The notes: generated from the letters alone by a model not told the origin. 63,056 nt of DNA, filler included, from Choristocarpus tenellus KU-1152 (GCA_964200185.2; 12 parts of 12 records of this genome joined end to end with filler, not necessarily neighbours in it), one strand, 5' to 3'. Shown: positions 24,601-37,915, counted from the first letter of the whole stretch. Program-made: numbers and translations.

Positions 24601-26349
24601 TTATGTTACATTTAATTCTGAACAAAGTAAGTATAAAATAAAGGTGTGGAGTACTTGAATAAGAGTAAGAGGTTGTAGTAATATGGAGGGAAGGAAACAC
24701 TGGAGTGTATGGAGGGGGTATTGTAAGATGTAGACCGCAGTAGCCAGGGAGGTTTTGGGCAGGGCAAGACACAGTAATGTTGCAATCGATCATGGAGGAA
24801 CAAAAAACCACACTCTCATTCACCTTCTCTCTTTGAGTGGTGGAGTGAATCCATTGTCACCATGCCAGTAACCAGGGCATGATCTATTCGGCTTCTTGAT
24901 TCTTTCCCTTTTGGGGACTGGGCAATCCGTTCTTGTACACACTTTTCAACATCCACCCAACACAATTTCTTCTGGGAAGAGATTAGCTGTGTCTCAGTGT
25001 CGTAATCTGCCCTGAGTGCACTCAGGATCTGGTTGGAAGAACTATCTTGTTGCACACGGCAATATCCATTGCCACCACCCTGCCCCACAGAGCATTTGTC
25101 TTGGCTGAATACATGAAATAGATTTGCCCCCTTTCCACTTTGGTAGAGAAGAACTCAAGAAACAGGGCCGGGCTAATTCCCCACTGTATTTGGCATAAAC
25201 TAGCTATCCATGAACTGAAAGCTCACTGGGGTTGTGATAAGAAAATAACATGACCATAGTGGTGCTAGCAACTGATGCGACGTTGAGGGTATGGCACACC
25301 TCCTGGTACATTGATATTTCCACTTCCCCAAAACCGTCTGCAAGGAGTTCTGGATGGGATTGCTTGAGGTTGATTGGCCATGGGGTTTTGAACATGGCGG
25401 GGCCATCAGTGTATCTACAACAAATTGTTATTTTCCTTCTCAAGTCCTGTAGTGTGAGTCATCGATTAACTTAAGTGGCTGGGTCTTCGGCCTTGTCTGT
25501 ACTTGCAAATGGAGAATATGTCCACTGGACCCTGAACTTCCAGGAGAATCTGTCATCTGACTCCCAGAGCTCTTAACACTGATGCCATACAAGTGTTTCC
25601 TGCCATCTTGGAACCTTACACCCACCATGATGGGTTCAATAGGTCCGAATTCTGCTTCTGCTGGTACATAACCAGGTAGAGATCGCATCCTCGGCAATGC
25701 GGTCTGGACGGTCAGATAATGCCCACCGCTGACTCTATCAACATGTATCATGAGTTACTCCTGCCCCTGCAGTACTTCGCTGAGCACCCTGGACAGACCC
25801 CCACGGTTACTGAAAGCTCCTGGAGTTTATTTCTACAATAGTAACCTCATTTCAGACCTGAGAGGGAGAACTGGTAAAATCCCTTCCTTCTCCATATCTA
25901 GCCAGACACGACAAATGAAAGGCCGAAAACCTCAAATATTGATATACTACTGTTCCACTGGCGTAGACGGTTGCATGACTATCTTCCCCAATGGAAACAA
26001 CTGTCTGCTCCGGTGGAACAGTGGTATCTCAATATTGCACAAAATCAGATATTGTGGGGTGGGATCCTGGCTGGACCGCTTACCCAACTCCTATATCAGG
26101 AGGATAACGACAGAGTGTTAGAGGGGTCCAGGAATGGGCTCAAGGGGAAATGCGAAGATAAGGTGACTACTGGGGAGAGGACACGATTAGTGGTGTGATG
26201 TCCCACAGACTACACAGGGTTAGCTCCCCAGCATTTGATGTTGTACATATTGAGATACCACCATTCCACTCTGGTAGATAGCCATGCAACTGCCTTCCCC
26301 GGCAGAAGAGAGAAAATCTCAAAGTTTAGCACCTTCCTCACCTTTTTTG

Positions 26350-27700
26350 TATAACTTTCATGATCTCACTTGACTGGTGGATATTTGGAAATACCCCACG
26401 CTTCTTGGAAATGCTGGAAGATCTCGGTGGTGATAATAGCAGCTTCATCACTGATGGTGCCTATATTGTAAACAAACCTTATCAGCCTGCTTGTAGCTCT
26501 GGTCCAAAGTCCGGATCTGATTAATGTCTGCAGTGTTGCTGGGAGGTCAAAGGCACATGGTCTCCATCTGCAACTGAGACATGGTCAACCTAGCTGACCT
26601 ATCCACCTTCATGATTATGATTGAAATGATCCTGGCTGAACTTCTTGGTTCTTGAACACAATTCTTATATCATCAGAATAAAACATACCCCACAATTGTG
26701 ACCCTGGTGTTACCCAACTCCCTGCTGCTTCGCTGCCTCTGACCTGGTTGTTTTTCCCAACCCCCTTCATAACAAGGTCAGGTGAGGGTTGAAGTACAAA
26801 TGCTATGCTTAGCACTACAATGGAGAAGATTTGAACAGGATGGGGCAAGAACATATCCTTGACGAAGGCCTTGCCTAGCCTCAAACCAATACGTACATCT
26901 TCCATCATCCATGTGTGTGGAAGCATGATGGCTTTCCATCAAGGAATTGGCGGATGACAAAGACCATTTTTTCACATAATCCAAGCTTGACAAGTACAGT
27001 CTGCAGGAGATGGTGGTCAAGATAGTCATTTGATTTCTGAAGTCCAATAAAACACAAGAAAATAGGTACATACCTATCCGGTCGAGCTCCTGGAGGGCAC
27101 GTACTGTGTACATGATGTCACCATGTGTAGATGGTCAGGGTCGGAAACCACCTTGTTCTCCATGGACTCAGAATGCTTTACAGTTCCAGGTAGCTCCCTG
27201 TTGTAGAGCAAAACCTTGCGGATATCTTTTCCAGGATGGCGTCACCTTTCGGATGCCTCCTGTGGTTACCACAATCCGTCCGATCATTCTTTTTGTACAC
27301 TGCATCCTTCGAAACCTGAACCACAACTTCGTGGTCTCACAAAGTCAACACTATCTTGTGGAGACTCTGGAGGGAAATCTTAACCTCAATGAGGTCAAAT
27401 TTCGGGATTTGAGCTGGGATTTCATTTGGTCCCATCGCTTTCCTCTTTGCCATAGCCTGGATTACATCATTAACTTCTACTGGACCGAGTTGGTCCACTA
27501 GTGAGTGTCATGCAAGTTGATCGTGTTGGTCAAGGGTTTCAGCACTATTTTAGTCGACACTGACAGACGCATTAATCTGGAGAACTTTATAGTGTATCCC
27601 CACCTTTCTGCGACGAGTCCTTGCCATCTTGGTAGCGTGGCAGCTTCGTCGAGGATTCTGTCTGGTCCTCTATACCTTCACACCTTTAGGTGTTGGTAGA
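26350..27700 (-). mobile_element. Degenerate RTE-clade LINE reverse transcriptase
   Basis: Fragments EVNDVIQAMAKRKAMGPNEIPA, KKNDRTDCGNHR, MYTVRALQEL, DDGRCTYWFEARQGLRQGYVLAP and LWGMFYSDD, with many stops and frameshifts. Confidence 0.85.
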
Positions 27701-28035
27701 GAGGGTATGATCTTCCATCTTGTGTAGAATAATTAATTATCTATTGTATGAAGATAGCACAGTCTTGACGGTATATATCTAACCCATACCGCTAATCTAC
27801 AACACACTTCATTTTTTGTACTGTTTTTTGTTTTTATTGTATCCTAATACCTAACCATAATTCACAATTTGTTAGTTACTCCGTTGTTTGAACGTCAACC
27901 ATCTCCAACCTCCCTGTAAAGTCGTCTCCACCCTTGCCGACGTGGGCCAACGAGTGAGGAAGTCGACAAAAACTTCCAAGGGATAAGGTTTCATCTTTGG
28001 TTGGGGGGGGTTCGGGTTTCTGTGCTACTCCACCC

Positions 28036-29272
28036 ATGACTCTTCGAAGCTGCACCCTGAACTGGCAGGCATTCACCACGTGTTGTAGTCATGCTATGTC
28101 CACGGAAAAGCAGGAGGTTAGCACTCCACACACGGATCATACGATAAGAAAAATATTTTTACAATTAAGCCAAGATGGTCACCTTCCCTTGGCATCTATT
28201 ACTGGTCAAGAACGGTATAGGTCTCGTTTGTCCCATTCTTTGCCTTTTGCCCACGTCGACCCTGATGGAATGATCCCTGGCCTGTACATGGCGGTAGACA
28301 TTTGTACACAGTTTTAGAAGATAGAGAGGTTGACCCCAACGATAAAACCAGGTCGCACAATGTTGACGGGAGTCACACGAGCTAGATGCTTCAATCCAAG
28401 CGAGGAAGATATCCCCCATGTAGCCCATCAGAGATGGCACAGAGTCCTCCTCTTTCTTTGCCATTTCTCTTTGCTCATCCCCCTACCCATCCATGGGTCA
28501 TATGACCAGCGTGAAATTAGTGGTATCCTCTTGATGGTTCCGAACCTGCCACTGGTCGCCAACAGGAGAGACTCTTCTTATCAAGAAGGCGGAATGCAAG
28601 CCTTGGAAGCCCATTCACCAAGATGGCTGTTCCCTCCTCTTCGCAACTTGGTTTATGCCTGTACCCACCTTAGGTAATGGGGCTACTACTGGGGCGTTGG
28701 GAGGAGGAGAACAGGGAACTAGGAGCTAGAACTGCAGTCACTGTGGATCACGCCATGATACTGACCAGGCAAGGGAATTATTTGTCTTGGTGAGGGAATG
28801 GTGTAATGTGAGCTGAGTGTAGATTGAGGCTTGAATTCCTTTGACTTGTACTGCCATAGGGGTAGAGATACGCAGCAGCATACCTTATCCTTATTGGCAA
28901 AGACACTCGCGTTTGACTGTGTAACCCTACGTTAACTGGGTGTGCTTCATGTTGTGGAGAATGCTCTACTCCGCAGACCAATGAAGATTTTCAATTGCAG
29001 ATTGTCGATCGCGACACAAACAGCTCAATCATTTGTTTTCATTGCTTGTGTGGTATGAAAATTCACTGTAGCTCAAGCGAACATTTTCATGTGTACGATG
29101 TACTCTCTCTTTGTCATCATCCCCTCCTATACAACCATTCGACATCAGTCGAATGCTCTTGTAATGGTACTGAGGGTAGTTAACTCTAACCTCTGTTGGC
29201 AGGACGGACAAGAGGAAGGATCGGGTGGAGGTGGGAAATTTGCAGCTTGCAGAGGCGTCAAGTATTGCGGAG
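28036..29272 (+). CDS. BRCC3: BRCC36-like JAMM/MPN+ Lys63 deubiquitinase, first three exons, 3'-partial
   Basis: Exons 28036-28116, 28674-28768 (GC donor AG|GCAAGG) and 29203-29272: MTLRSCTLNWQAFTTCCSHAMSTEKQE|VMGLLLGRW...HAMILTR|TDKRKDRVEVGNLQLAEASSIAE. Matches BRCC36 motifs HALSTEKEEVMGL and DKRKDRVE. Confidence 0.9.
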
Positions 29273-29771
29273 GTACCCCCCACCTAAATCCCCACTGCTT
29301 GAAGTAGCACTTGTATGATACGATTATCTTCTTTTTTTTCCTTTTTTTCCTTTTTTTCCTTTTTTCGTGGTAAGTGAATGCTCAAAGCAAACAATTGGCC
29401 AAAGTTCTTGAGATGGAGCCCCCCCTAGATACAAATCTCTTTGGTAAATGCAAAGACATCGATCAGACCCCTTGGAATCAAGGTTGATTATCGAGTGGCC
29501 CTTACTATTTGGATGGGCTCCTTCCTCCACTCCCCCCCCCCCCACCCCCCCCCCCCCCACCCCCCCCCCGGTACTCCCCTCCACCCGGCACTAAGCACCT
29601 ACCACCTGCCCAANNNNNNNNNNNNNNNNNNNNNNNNNNNNNNNNNNNNNNNNNNNNTTAATTAATTAANNNNNNNNNNNNNNNNNNNNNNNNNNNNNNN
29701 NNNNNNNNNNNNNCTCCCCCCTCCCCCCAACCACTACCACCTCCGCTACCGCCTCCGAAAATCAACTGCAG

Positions 29772-30808
29772 GGCAAGCGGAGATCTCTTCCCAATGCACG
29801 AATCATGATCCACCAGCCGCTTGGAGGTGCCCAGGGTCAAGCTGCAGACATCGAGATCCAGGCCAAGGAGATCCTTTTCATCCGATCTCTGCTTAACTCT
29901 TACATGGCAGAGTACTGCGATCAGCCCATAGACAAGATCCAGGTAATGTGATTTTGAAAGATGCAGTGAGTGAGCGAGCGATTTGGTGGCTTTTTCTGCA
30001 TATCATACCGTAGGCTGGCACCTAAGAATGAGATTTTGATCCTTTCCCCCGTGGTAATCTTGTGGATCAATAGGGGGCTTGTTTTGTCACTGCAGTCCTA
30101 TTGCCTCTTTCTTTTTCGCCTCAGTCGAAAGGTGGTTTTGTGTGCATCTGTTAAATAAAAGTACATGCCAACAAGCAAAGTATTATTTTTTTAGTAGTTT
30201 TTTTTTTTCTTTAACCGTATAGTTGGAAAGTTTGTCTCGGAGAGATTACGGACTTTGATGTCTGAGTGGGATTTTCTTCTACCTAGAGGGTATAATAAGA
30301 AAATATAATAGGAAAAGCTCATCCCCCGTTTTTGGATGCAAATCTGAAAGTAGTTTATTTGCAAGCCGGTCCAATCTCTTTTCAGCCTAGTTTTTGACTC
30401 CGCTACAGGTCTATATCTGCATTTTGCCGCTATGTCATTGAAATGTGTCTGATGATGGGTCGACTGATGCTTCGTTGGTATGAAGTGGGACCTTACAGCA
30501 ATTAATGGATCAGGTGGGGCCTGATCAACTCCTGGGCTCTTCACATCATTTCTAGACGCCCTTACCCTTCTTAGTTGATCTGTCCCGAGATGAAACCCCC
30601 CAAGCATCTGCAACAAAAGCGTCATTCTCTTCCCTAACCCTAACCCTCTAACCCCTTGGCCGATGTACTGAAACTGAAGGATGACTGCGATCGGGATTTC
30701 TTCATGACCCCTGAGGAGGCTCAAGATTATGGTCTGATTGATGAAGTTGTCTCAACCAAGACCAGTCACATCAAGAAGCCTGCGATGCCCAACCTGGGAG
30801 ATTATTGA
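29772..30808 (+). CDS. clpP: ATP-dependent Clp protease proteolytic subunit, last two exons (probably plastid-targeted)
   Basis: Exons 29772-29942 ([35 protein letters not shown]...) and 30680-30808 ([24 protein letters not shown]...stop). Catalytic His and Asp motifs present. Confidence 0.95.
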
Positions 30809-33199
30809 GAGCCGGAAGGCGGTGTGGTTTGGAGGGTATTTTCCTCTTTTCCTCTAGTGGGGGGATGTAGCTGTTGTAGATGATGTATTACGTGTGCTCC
30901 AAAACAATGAGAAGACTTAAGTCTATACGCCGGGTAAAACATTTATAAAGGAAGATAAATATATAACTACAATTGTACTCTCAACAACAGGGCATGTTTT
31001 GCGCCATGAGTGGATTGATAGGAAACATGGACATCCTTTATCTGGCGAATTGGTTGATTCAAGTGACAGATGCCATGTCATCTCGCGTTCAAGGGTTAGG
31101 GTTAGGGTTAAATTGTCGTCGTTGATATGGACGCCAGCCCATGGTGAGTGAGAGACCTGTTTCGCGTGTATTGAGAGTGATGTTACCTCTGGACGAAGTG
31201 ATGTGATGAAAGAGGAAAAAGATTCAATTCTACGCCCCTTTGTTTAACTTCTCTTCCAACTCCTTTTTCGTGCTGTTGGTTAAGAGCGCATAATAGCATC
31301 GTTGGGAGTATTTTTGACATGGTGTTGGAGACCCGATAATGCCATGTGGTGATGGTCATTTTTATGAAATTGTCCAGGAAAATAATTATTATTGCTGTTT
31401 TCACGGGAGGACCAAAGAAATGTCGAAACATCTTTCGACAGGGGGCAGTAATGGATGGATTTATTTTTTTGGAGCACAGATTCTGTTGTCTGTCCCCATT
31501 TTGCTTTTTCCTTTACATATAAGTAGAGGGTCCTATCCATGACTGCCCAGTCCGCTCACAACATGCATGCATAAAGTGAGGAGGGGAGGAGCATGAGAAT
31601 CTAGTTGTGTGTGATCTACATGGTTCCAAAGCATCTGAGAACTGAAGATGTGAAGGTCCTGCTTCTCTTCCTCTCCTCTCTGCATTCAACCTCTGACCCC
31701 CTTCCGGTTTGGATGTCCCAGATGCACAACTATGGCATGAGAAAAATAAGTACCATAATTCGTTGTTTCATTATGACCCAACATTGCTATTGAAAGGTTG
31801 GGGAATACTCTTTTCGGAGAACAGATGAGGTGCGAGATGACAAGCAAACACACGCAAGACCATGGATAAGGGCTTAGCAACTAAGTGCCTCTGCTTGGCA
31901 TCAGTTTGAGCCATTTGTGGGATAGTTTGCTGCTGGAAATGTAGGTCATGTGTCTAGGTACACCTGTAATCTATGCCTGTGCTCACCTCCAACTCAGAAT
32001 CCTGTGGTCAAGCCAAATATATGAGTTCTTACATGTACTAACATTTGCCCTTTTAATAACACTTAACTTGATAGGCTGTAGCCAGTCCTTAGGCATACTT
32101 TGGCTGCAGCTCATCCAACACCTGCATCCTCCCTTCCTTACCCAGGGATTACTCTTGTTTAAACTGTGGACCAGATTAGTTAAGTATCACCTACATAAAT
32201 AATCTCCTGGCACATTCTTCTGTCCTGGTCTCTATCCTGTCATCAATCGACAACCCTTTTCTCATCTCTTCAGAACTACCAGATTCCGACATTGTCCTAG
32301 TTACCCTTGTCCTTTGAGTGATCCCTCACTATTGGTGCAATCTCAACTGGTACGTCAGTTGCTGAAAGAAAAAGGACCCAGGGCAGACATCATAGGAACT
32401 GTGAACCAGTGTTCCCATCCCTCTCACCCACCTCCACATAAATTCCTTCCATGCTAGCTAGCTAGCCTCCAGTATAATATTCATGGGTTATGGAGGTATC
32501 ACACAGTCCTGAGTATCCCCGTACACCTGCTATCAGTGTGAGTAGCTTGCTGTTTTGGGCTTGAAACTATCTAGTAAGTTGAAGCATTTGATGTGCATGG
32601 GGTGTGTGTGTGTGATCTGATAGGTTGTATCTTCTGGGTAGAGTTCATGAGATCAGATGTGCTTGGTATACTTGTGTCCTAAGCTCCACATCCTCCTGCA
32701 CCTAGTCAAGTATCGATCATTTTTGCTCAAAAACATTGTTCATGCATGATGGATATCACCACTCTGCATGATCCTGGTAGTGAATAGTCCTGAGGCTTAC
32801 TATCAACATAAGAACATAGGGATAGCAATCTATGGTATCCATGTACTCTCCTACTGAAGGCAAGAGTGCCCAGTAGTTGTCTAGTTATTGAACAAGTTCA
32901 TAATGTGAGTCTCAGGTTGGAATCAGTGAGATGAGCAATACACCTAGTAACTATTTGGTCACCTTTTTTTTTTGCAGAGTTGAACATTAATATTCTGGAA
33001 TAATGTGTACTTCCTCTACTTGGAATTAAATATTGCATAACCTTAGTAGCCGTGATGAAGAAGCAAGATTCTTTTCACATGATCGTATTTTATGGGTGTA
33101 TTGTGCAGACACTAAAAGGTTGCCCACAAAAATCCCAAGTAAAACAAGGCAGCCTACCCCTATATATGTTTCCACCCCTGAAGCCCTCCAAAACTTCAT

Positions 33200-34200
33200 T
33201 CCAGCACCATATTCGCCACGTCCACTAGGGAGCTTGCCCGCTTCCTCAGTCTTTTCCTTGCTAAATTGGGGGATTTCAAAGACAATGTCACCCTTGGACA
33301 CCAGCACTTCACCCTAGACTGCAAAGAGGCTCTGCCAGATGCACTCTTGTGTCCCCTGAGGGTACACATTGTGGCCTCCACATCTCCTCTACGTTGGTCA
33401 CCCCCATGTCTTCCTTCAGTTGCTTGAATAGATGAAAGAATCCCAGTTGTTGACGTTGAGGTTAGGTGAGTTGGCTGGCTGGGTCTCTATGACAATGTTG
33501 TCCCCCACCGCCTCCTCAATTGCCTCCATGATACCCCCCTTGGTGTGTGGCTTTGTCCCGTCCTGCTTCACAAAGATGGTGCGTCCTTCTGGCCTAGGCA
33601 TGTGGGCCTTGATCGCCAGGATGACATCCTCGATCATGCATTCTTAGACCTCTCCCTGTCCACCGTAGCTAGCACAAGCACCTTATTGCCCTTGGAGTGG
33701 TGTTTGCTAGAGGGCTGAGCGAAATTAGTGTTACCAGGCGTGAGATCCCGATTTTCCCATTGAAGCACACCTCGTCGGAGAGCTTCCTAGGGCGGGCCAC
33801 AGCTGCAAAGAACACCCCCTTTGTAATGTAACACTATTCTGTGCCAATAGAGGTTTGAGGAGGTCCTCAGTGGGGTGCAGGTACACACCTTGCCCATCTC
33901 TGAGGATGTAAAACCACTTCTCGTCCACATTTACCCAGTCATACAGATCGTCTATGAATAACCCACTTCCCCCCCTCCTATGCATGCGACTCATGACAAA
34001 GCTCACCCTGTTGATTTTTCTGCTGGTGTAAGAGGACTGACTTAATCCACCACTTGACCTTCACCTTCCTGTGCTTGCACAGATCCCACAATAAGGCAAG
34101 GGAGATAGATCCCAGCTTTGGCTGCCCATTTGGAGAAGGATGTGCGGTGTACTGATGGGACATACCAAACATCGAGGATACTTGTACAGCAGCCACACTA
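33200..34200 (-). pseudogene. Degenerate Tc1/mariner transposase (plant-mariner/DD39D-like family)
   Basis: DDLYDWVNVDEKWFY, IKAHMP..TIFVKQDGTKPH...QPANSPNLNV and KGDIVFEIP, with frameshifts and stops. Confidence 0.88.
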
Positions 34201-35160
34201 TCCCTTGTGACATCTCATAAAAGGTCCATGCATTCACCCCGTTCGATCTGGCTGCCATGCTCCTTCACATGACGGAACACAATGATTCACGAAATTCCGA
34301 AGTCCTCCACGATTGCTACCACCGTCCCTAGAGGCATCTGAGTCTCTTGCCTCCAGGCATTGCGGCACCATTCTGTTCTTTGTCTGAGTGCTTGAGTACT
34401 GACTGCAGACAGACTTCTGGGTCGAAGAATTGGGACCGACAGGGAACGACAGCATGAACAAGGCACTCAAACAATGGGGGGCCTTTGTCCTAGGCATCTC
34501 AACAAACACCTGTTTTGACAGCTTCACAAGGTGTTTCACACCCGTCAAATGCAACTTGGTCAACTTTGCACTGGTGATCCTCCACACTCACGAAGCCCAC
34601 CATATCAAACTTTGCATGCCTCCCAATCTATATGAGAACTAAACCTCGTGCAGAGGGTCCATCACGTGGGTCATTCCCGGGCGAGAACAGATCTTGCAAA
34701 AGTACATTTAGTTCCGAACAAAGGAAGTATGTGAACCCTCCAACACTCTTCTCAAGGCCAATGACAACCCCTGATTCATACCCAAAAGTACAGCATACGT
34801 ACTTGGCATCGGAGTGACATTGAAATCATTTGCGGTCTTTGAGTAACTGGGTGGAACAGAACTCTCATTTTTTTAATTGTGACAGGAATGACATTGATTA
34901 CAATTACTCGCTTAGCACAACAGTGTACAATCCTACTATTGCGAATGTACCCACCCTGTAATCGCCCTGAGTTCCCCCCCGGTGATGACCTTTATGGATT
35001 ATCCAGGTATAGATCACACTATGATGTGCCATCTGATTTCTGCTGATTTTGCACAACAATGCACCCACCCTACTATCCCACTAATTTCCCCAAGTGATAA
35101 CCTTTATGATTATCCAGCTATCTACCAAAATATTATGTGCCCTACACTGTCAATTCCATT

Positions 35161-35330
35161 GAGTCAAAGTAAACAAGAGGTACCCAGGTGTTGGGACCAT
35201 TATTTGCATTTAAAGTCAGTTTTTCAATTTTTTGCATTCACCCATATTTCTATGGACGACGTGCGAAGTTTGAGTTCAGAGTGTAGATTTCTCTAACGTT
35301 TGACTTCTCAACAAAATTCATAAAATATAT
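35161..35330 (+). mobile_element. MITE family A, partial copy without B insertion
   Basis: GAGTCAAAGTAAACAAGAGGTACCCAGG terminus and empty site TAGATTTCTCT. Confidence 0.7.
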
Positions 35331-36371
35331 CCAGTATCAATTTGTAAGAAAAGTTGAATTTGCACATAATATATATCATCATCCCTAAATGCAGCCCTGA
35401 GTATTTCACAATTATTTCATCTCACTATTGTTGCCAATATTTGGGAATGCCTGTGACAAAAACGACAAATTCTACTCCTGATCCCATCTACATCATATCC
35501 CCAACAGCCCTTGTCATACCAAGGTACAACCCTACAACAATATGAAATAATCTACTAAAATGTATTACTGTTGTGCCAAGGAATATCCCAGCTAGCAACC
35601 AAAGTAGTAAAACAGCTGCAAATGTTCATTTGGTCAGGACAATCGGTTCGGGGGTATCTGTGCCATTTTCCCATCCTCATTTTAGCCTAACTTCTCCACA
35701 CCTGACTATTTCAAAAAATACCTACCACCCTAGCAATCACCCCACGATAAGCCCTCACTCTCCAATTTCGTCACGATTGTCCAGGGCAAAATAACAAAAG
35801 TGTTGGCGACAAAAAAGGCACAATCTATAACATATCGACGTACACCCATCACCCCCTTCCCTCCACGAAGACGTCCACACGTATTTCGGCAGGCAATCGC
35901 CCTACACTTGGCCAAGGTTGTCAATTTATCTTTACAAATGCCACGGAATAACGATTTTTTCATGTGGAGGGGCATATATATGCTACTACTAGGTGAAGGT
36001 AGCCATCAATGAGGACGCCAGGGAAGAAGAGGAGGTGAGATTGAGACTATTTGCACACTGGTGGTATGGTGTGAAAGGTACTGCAAGATGCCGTACATTC
36101 AGGTTTGTTCCTGGACTTAGGGTTGGACGCATAAAGTTGGTTAAGGGTTACTCCCCATCTTGCATTCATTCGAGAAATCAACACAATTTTTGATCAACTC
36201 AAGCCGGTCCCCCCTCGCCCTTGTACCTTGATCAAATATCACCCGCTCAGGAAACACGGACGACGCCCATTTCTGGCGCTTAACGAGGAAATGTGATAGT
36301 AAAGGCTCTAACACTGCAAATAAATCCTGTACCTGTGTATGTATGAACGACGAAAAAGACCATAAAATATC

Positions 36372-36835
36372 GCTCGAGATGGCAGCAGGATATGTGATGG
36401 TCACAGCGAAGACTGTGAGTAGATGGGAGAGACTTCCTAACTAAGGGCGACATCAAGGTCTCGAAGCAAGGGCACTACGAGAGGCGTTTCGTTCTGGGCC
36501 TCGACAAGGACATCCTTGCAGAGGTCAAAGAGTGGGTGTGCGAACACACAGGAAGAAAGGGTGGGGAGGCTTTTTTCTTGGCTAAGCCCTATACTTCAAT
36601 CAAGTAATAATTGAATCTGTTGCCACTCTTTGTGACCTTCAATCCAGGGTTCGAACCCCAATATGAGCGATCTTTCTTCAAAAATACAAAAAAATGACGA
36701 AAAATAAATAATGAAGCCCTTACTCTAGAGGACATTATGACGGGCATCACGAATATGCTTTTATTTTTTATTCCGATATCTACATCAAGAGTTATGACGG
36801 GATAACCCCAGAGACATTAACTATTGGTACCACCG
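36372..36835 (+). mobile_element. Non-autonomous Tc1/mariner-type DNA transposon (family E) with transposase N-terminal remnant
   Basis: Ends GGTACCACCG|TA, with an inverted copy at 40834-41300. Encodes fragment FLTKGDIKVSKQGHYERRFVLGLDKDILAEVKEWVCEH. The left end may extend to about 35568. Confidence 0.6.
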
Positions 36836-37094
36836 TAATTTCAAACCTTGGCATATACCGTGGAATGGCGTTTCCCTCGTGGTTTGTCCAGATTATAGTT
36901 GTCCTCACAACCGCGTGTTCCAACACCCTCTCCAACGTCGTGGAAAGATGTCCAAAAGACTTTTATGAACGCGGCCACCCCTTCTCTATGTTATTAACTC
37001 GTTCGTACTTCTTCCCATCCAAAGGAGAGAACCAATATCTCCGGAGAGAAGTGGAGCGATTCCCCAACTTGGTCCCAATAAAATATTGCTTGAT

Positions 37095-37233
37095 ACAGTA
37101 CCTACCCCGATTTTATAACAAATATTATGTACCAAACCCATTTTTGTACCGCTTTTTTCGACATACGAAAAAAAATAGGCTTTTGTACCAGATTCTCGTA
37201 TTCGGGCGACTTGGTACAAAATCAGGGAGATAT
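37095..37233. mobile_element. Small MITE-like inverted-repeat element
   Basis: TA|CAGTACCTACCCCGATTTT...GTACAAAATCAGGGAGATA. Related GTACCTACCCCGATTTT at 11980. Confidence 0.4.
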
Positions 37234-37806
37234 TCAAGCGAGTTTGGCGCGCGCGTAATAATTTCTCGCGAAAAGTGCCTTTCTTCCTGAGTAATTTGGA
37301 TGACGTGTGCTATGATGTTCCTGTGTGTGATGTGGATCAACTGAATATCAACTGATGCTATACTTCTATCTACTGTCATCGATGTTATGATGAGTTGGAA
37401 TGCGCAATAAATAAATGAACACTAACAACCAGTGTAGTGCACCAATCAACAGTCAGTACAAGCTGGTAGTATGTGTATTATATCAACAAGAAACAAATGA
37501 GTAGCCCATGTTTTAACACCTTCCCCCGACTGAAAGAAGTGGAACACTATTGAAGGAGTGTGACGTACGGCTACGAGCAGGAAAAAAAATAATGTTGAAG
37601 AAAAGAATGCAGTTGAAATTAGCGGGAACTACAGAATTTTGTTTTGCTCACGAATTCTGGATTATTATTATTATTTTGCACATTCCTATTTTCTTATTCC
37701 TCTATCNNNNNNNNNNNNNNNNNNNNNNNNNNNNNNNNNNNNNNNNNNNNTTAATTAATTAANNNNNNNNNNNNNNNNNNNNNNNNNNNNNNNNNNNNNN
37801 NNNNNN

Positions 37807-37915
37807 GACGACTTGTGCATCAGGAGTCCTACATGTGCATCAGTATCATCTATAGGCCCGTAGATTGGAGCTATACATCCTGTGGAGGTAAGCTCTCTGG
37901 AGCATAACTGTAACA
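37807..37915 (+). mobile_element. LTR 3' end fragment
   Basis: ...ATCCTGTGGAGGTAAGC...CTGTAACA, highly similar to 47681-47787 and related to 2900-2964. Confidence 0.75.

Noticed and set aside
28036-30808. BRCC36-ClpP proteolysis gene cluster
   Set aside because: The two genes are separated by an artificial linker and lie on different contigs.
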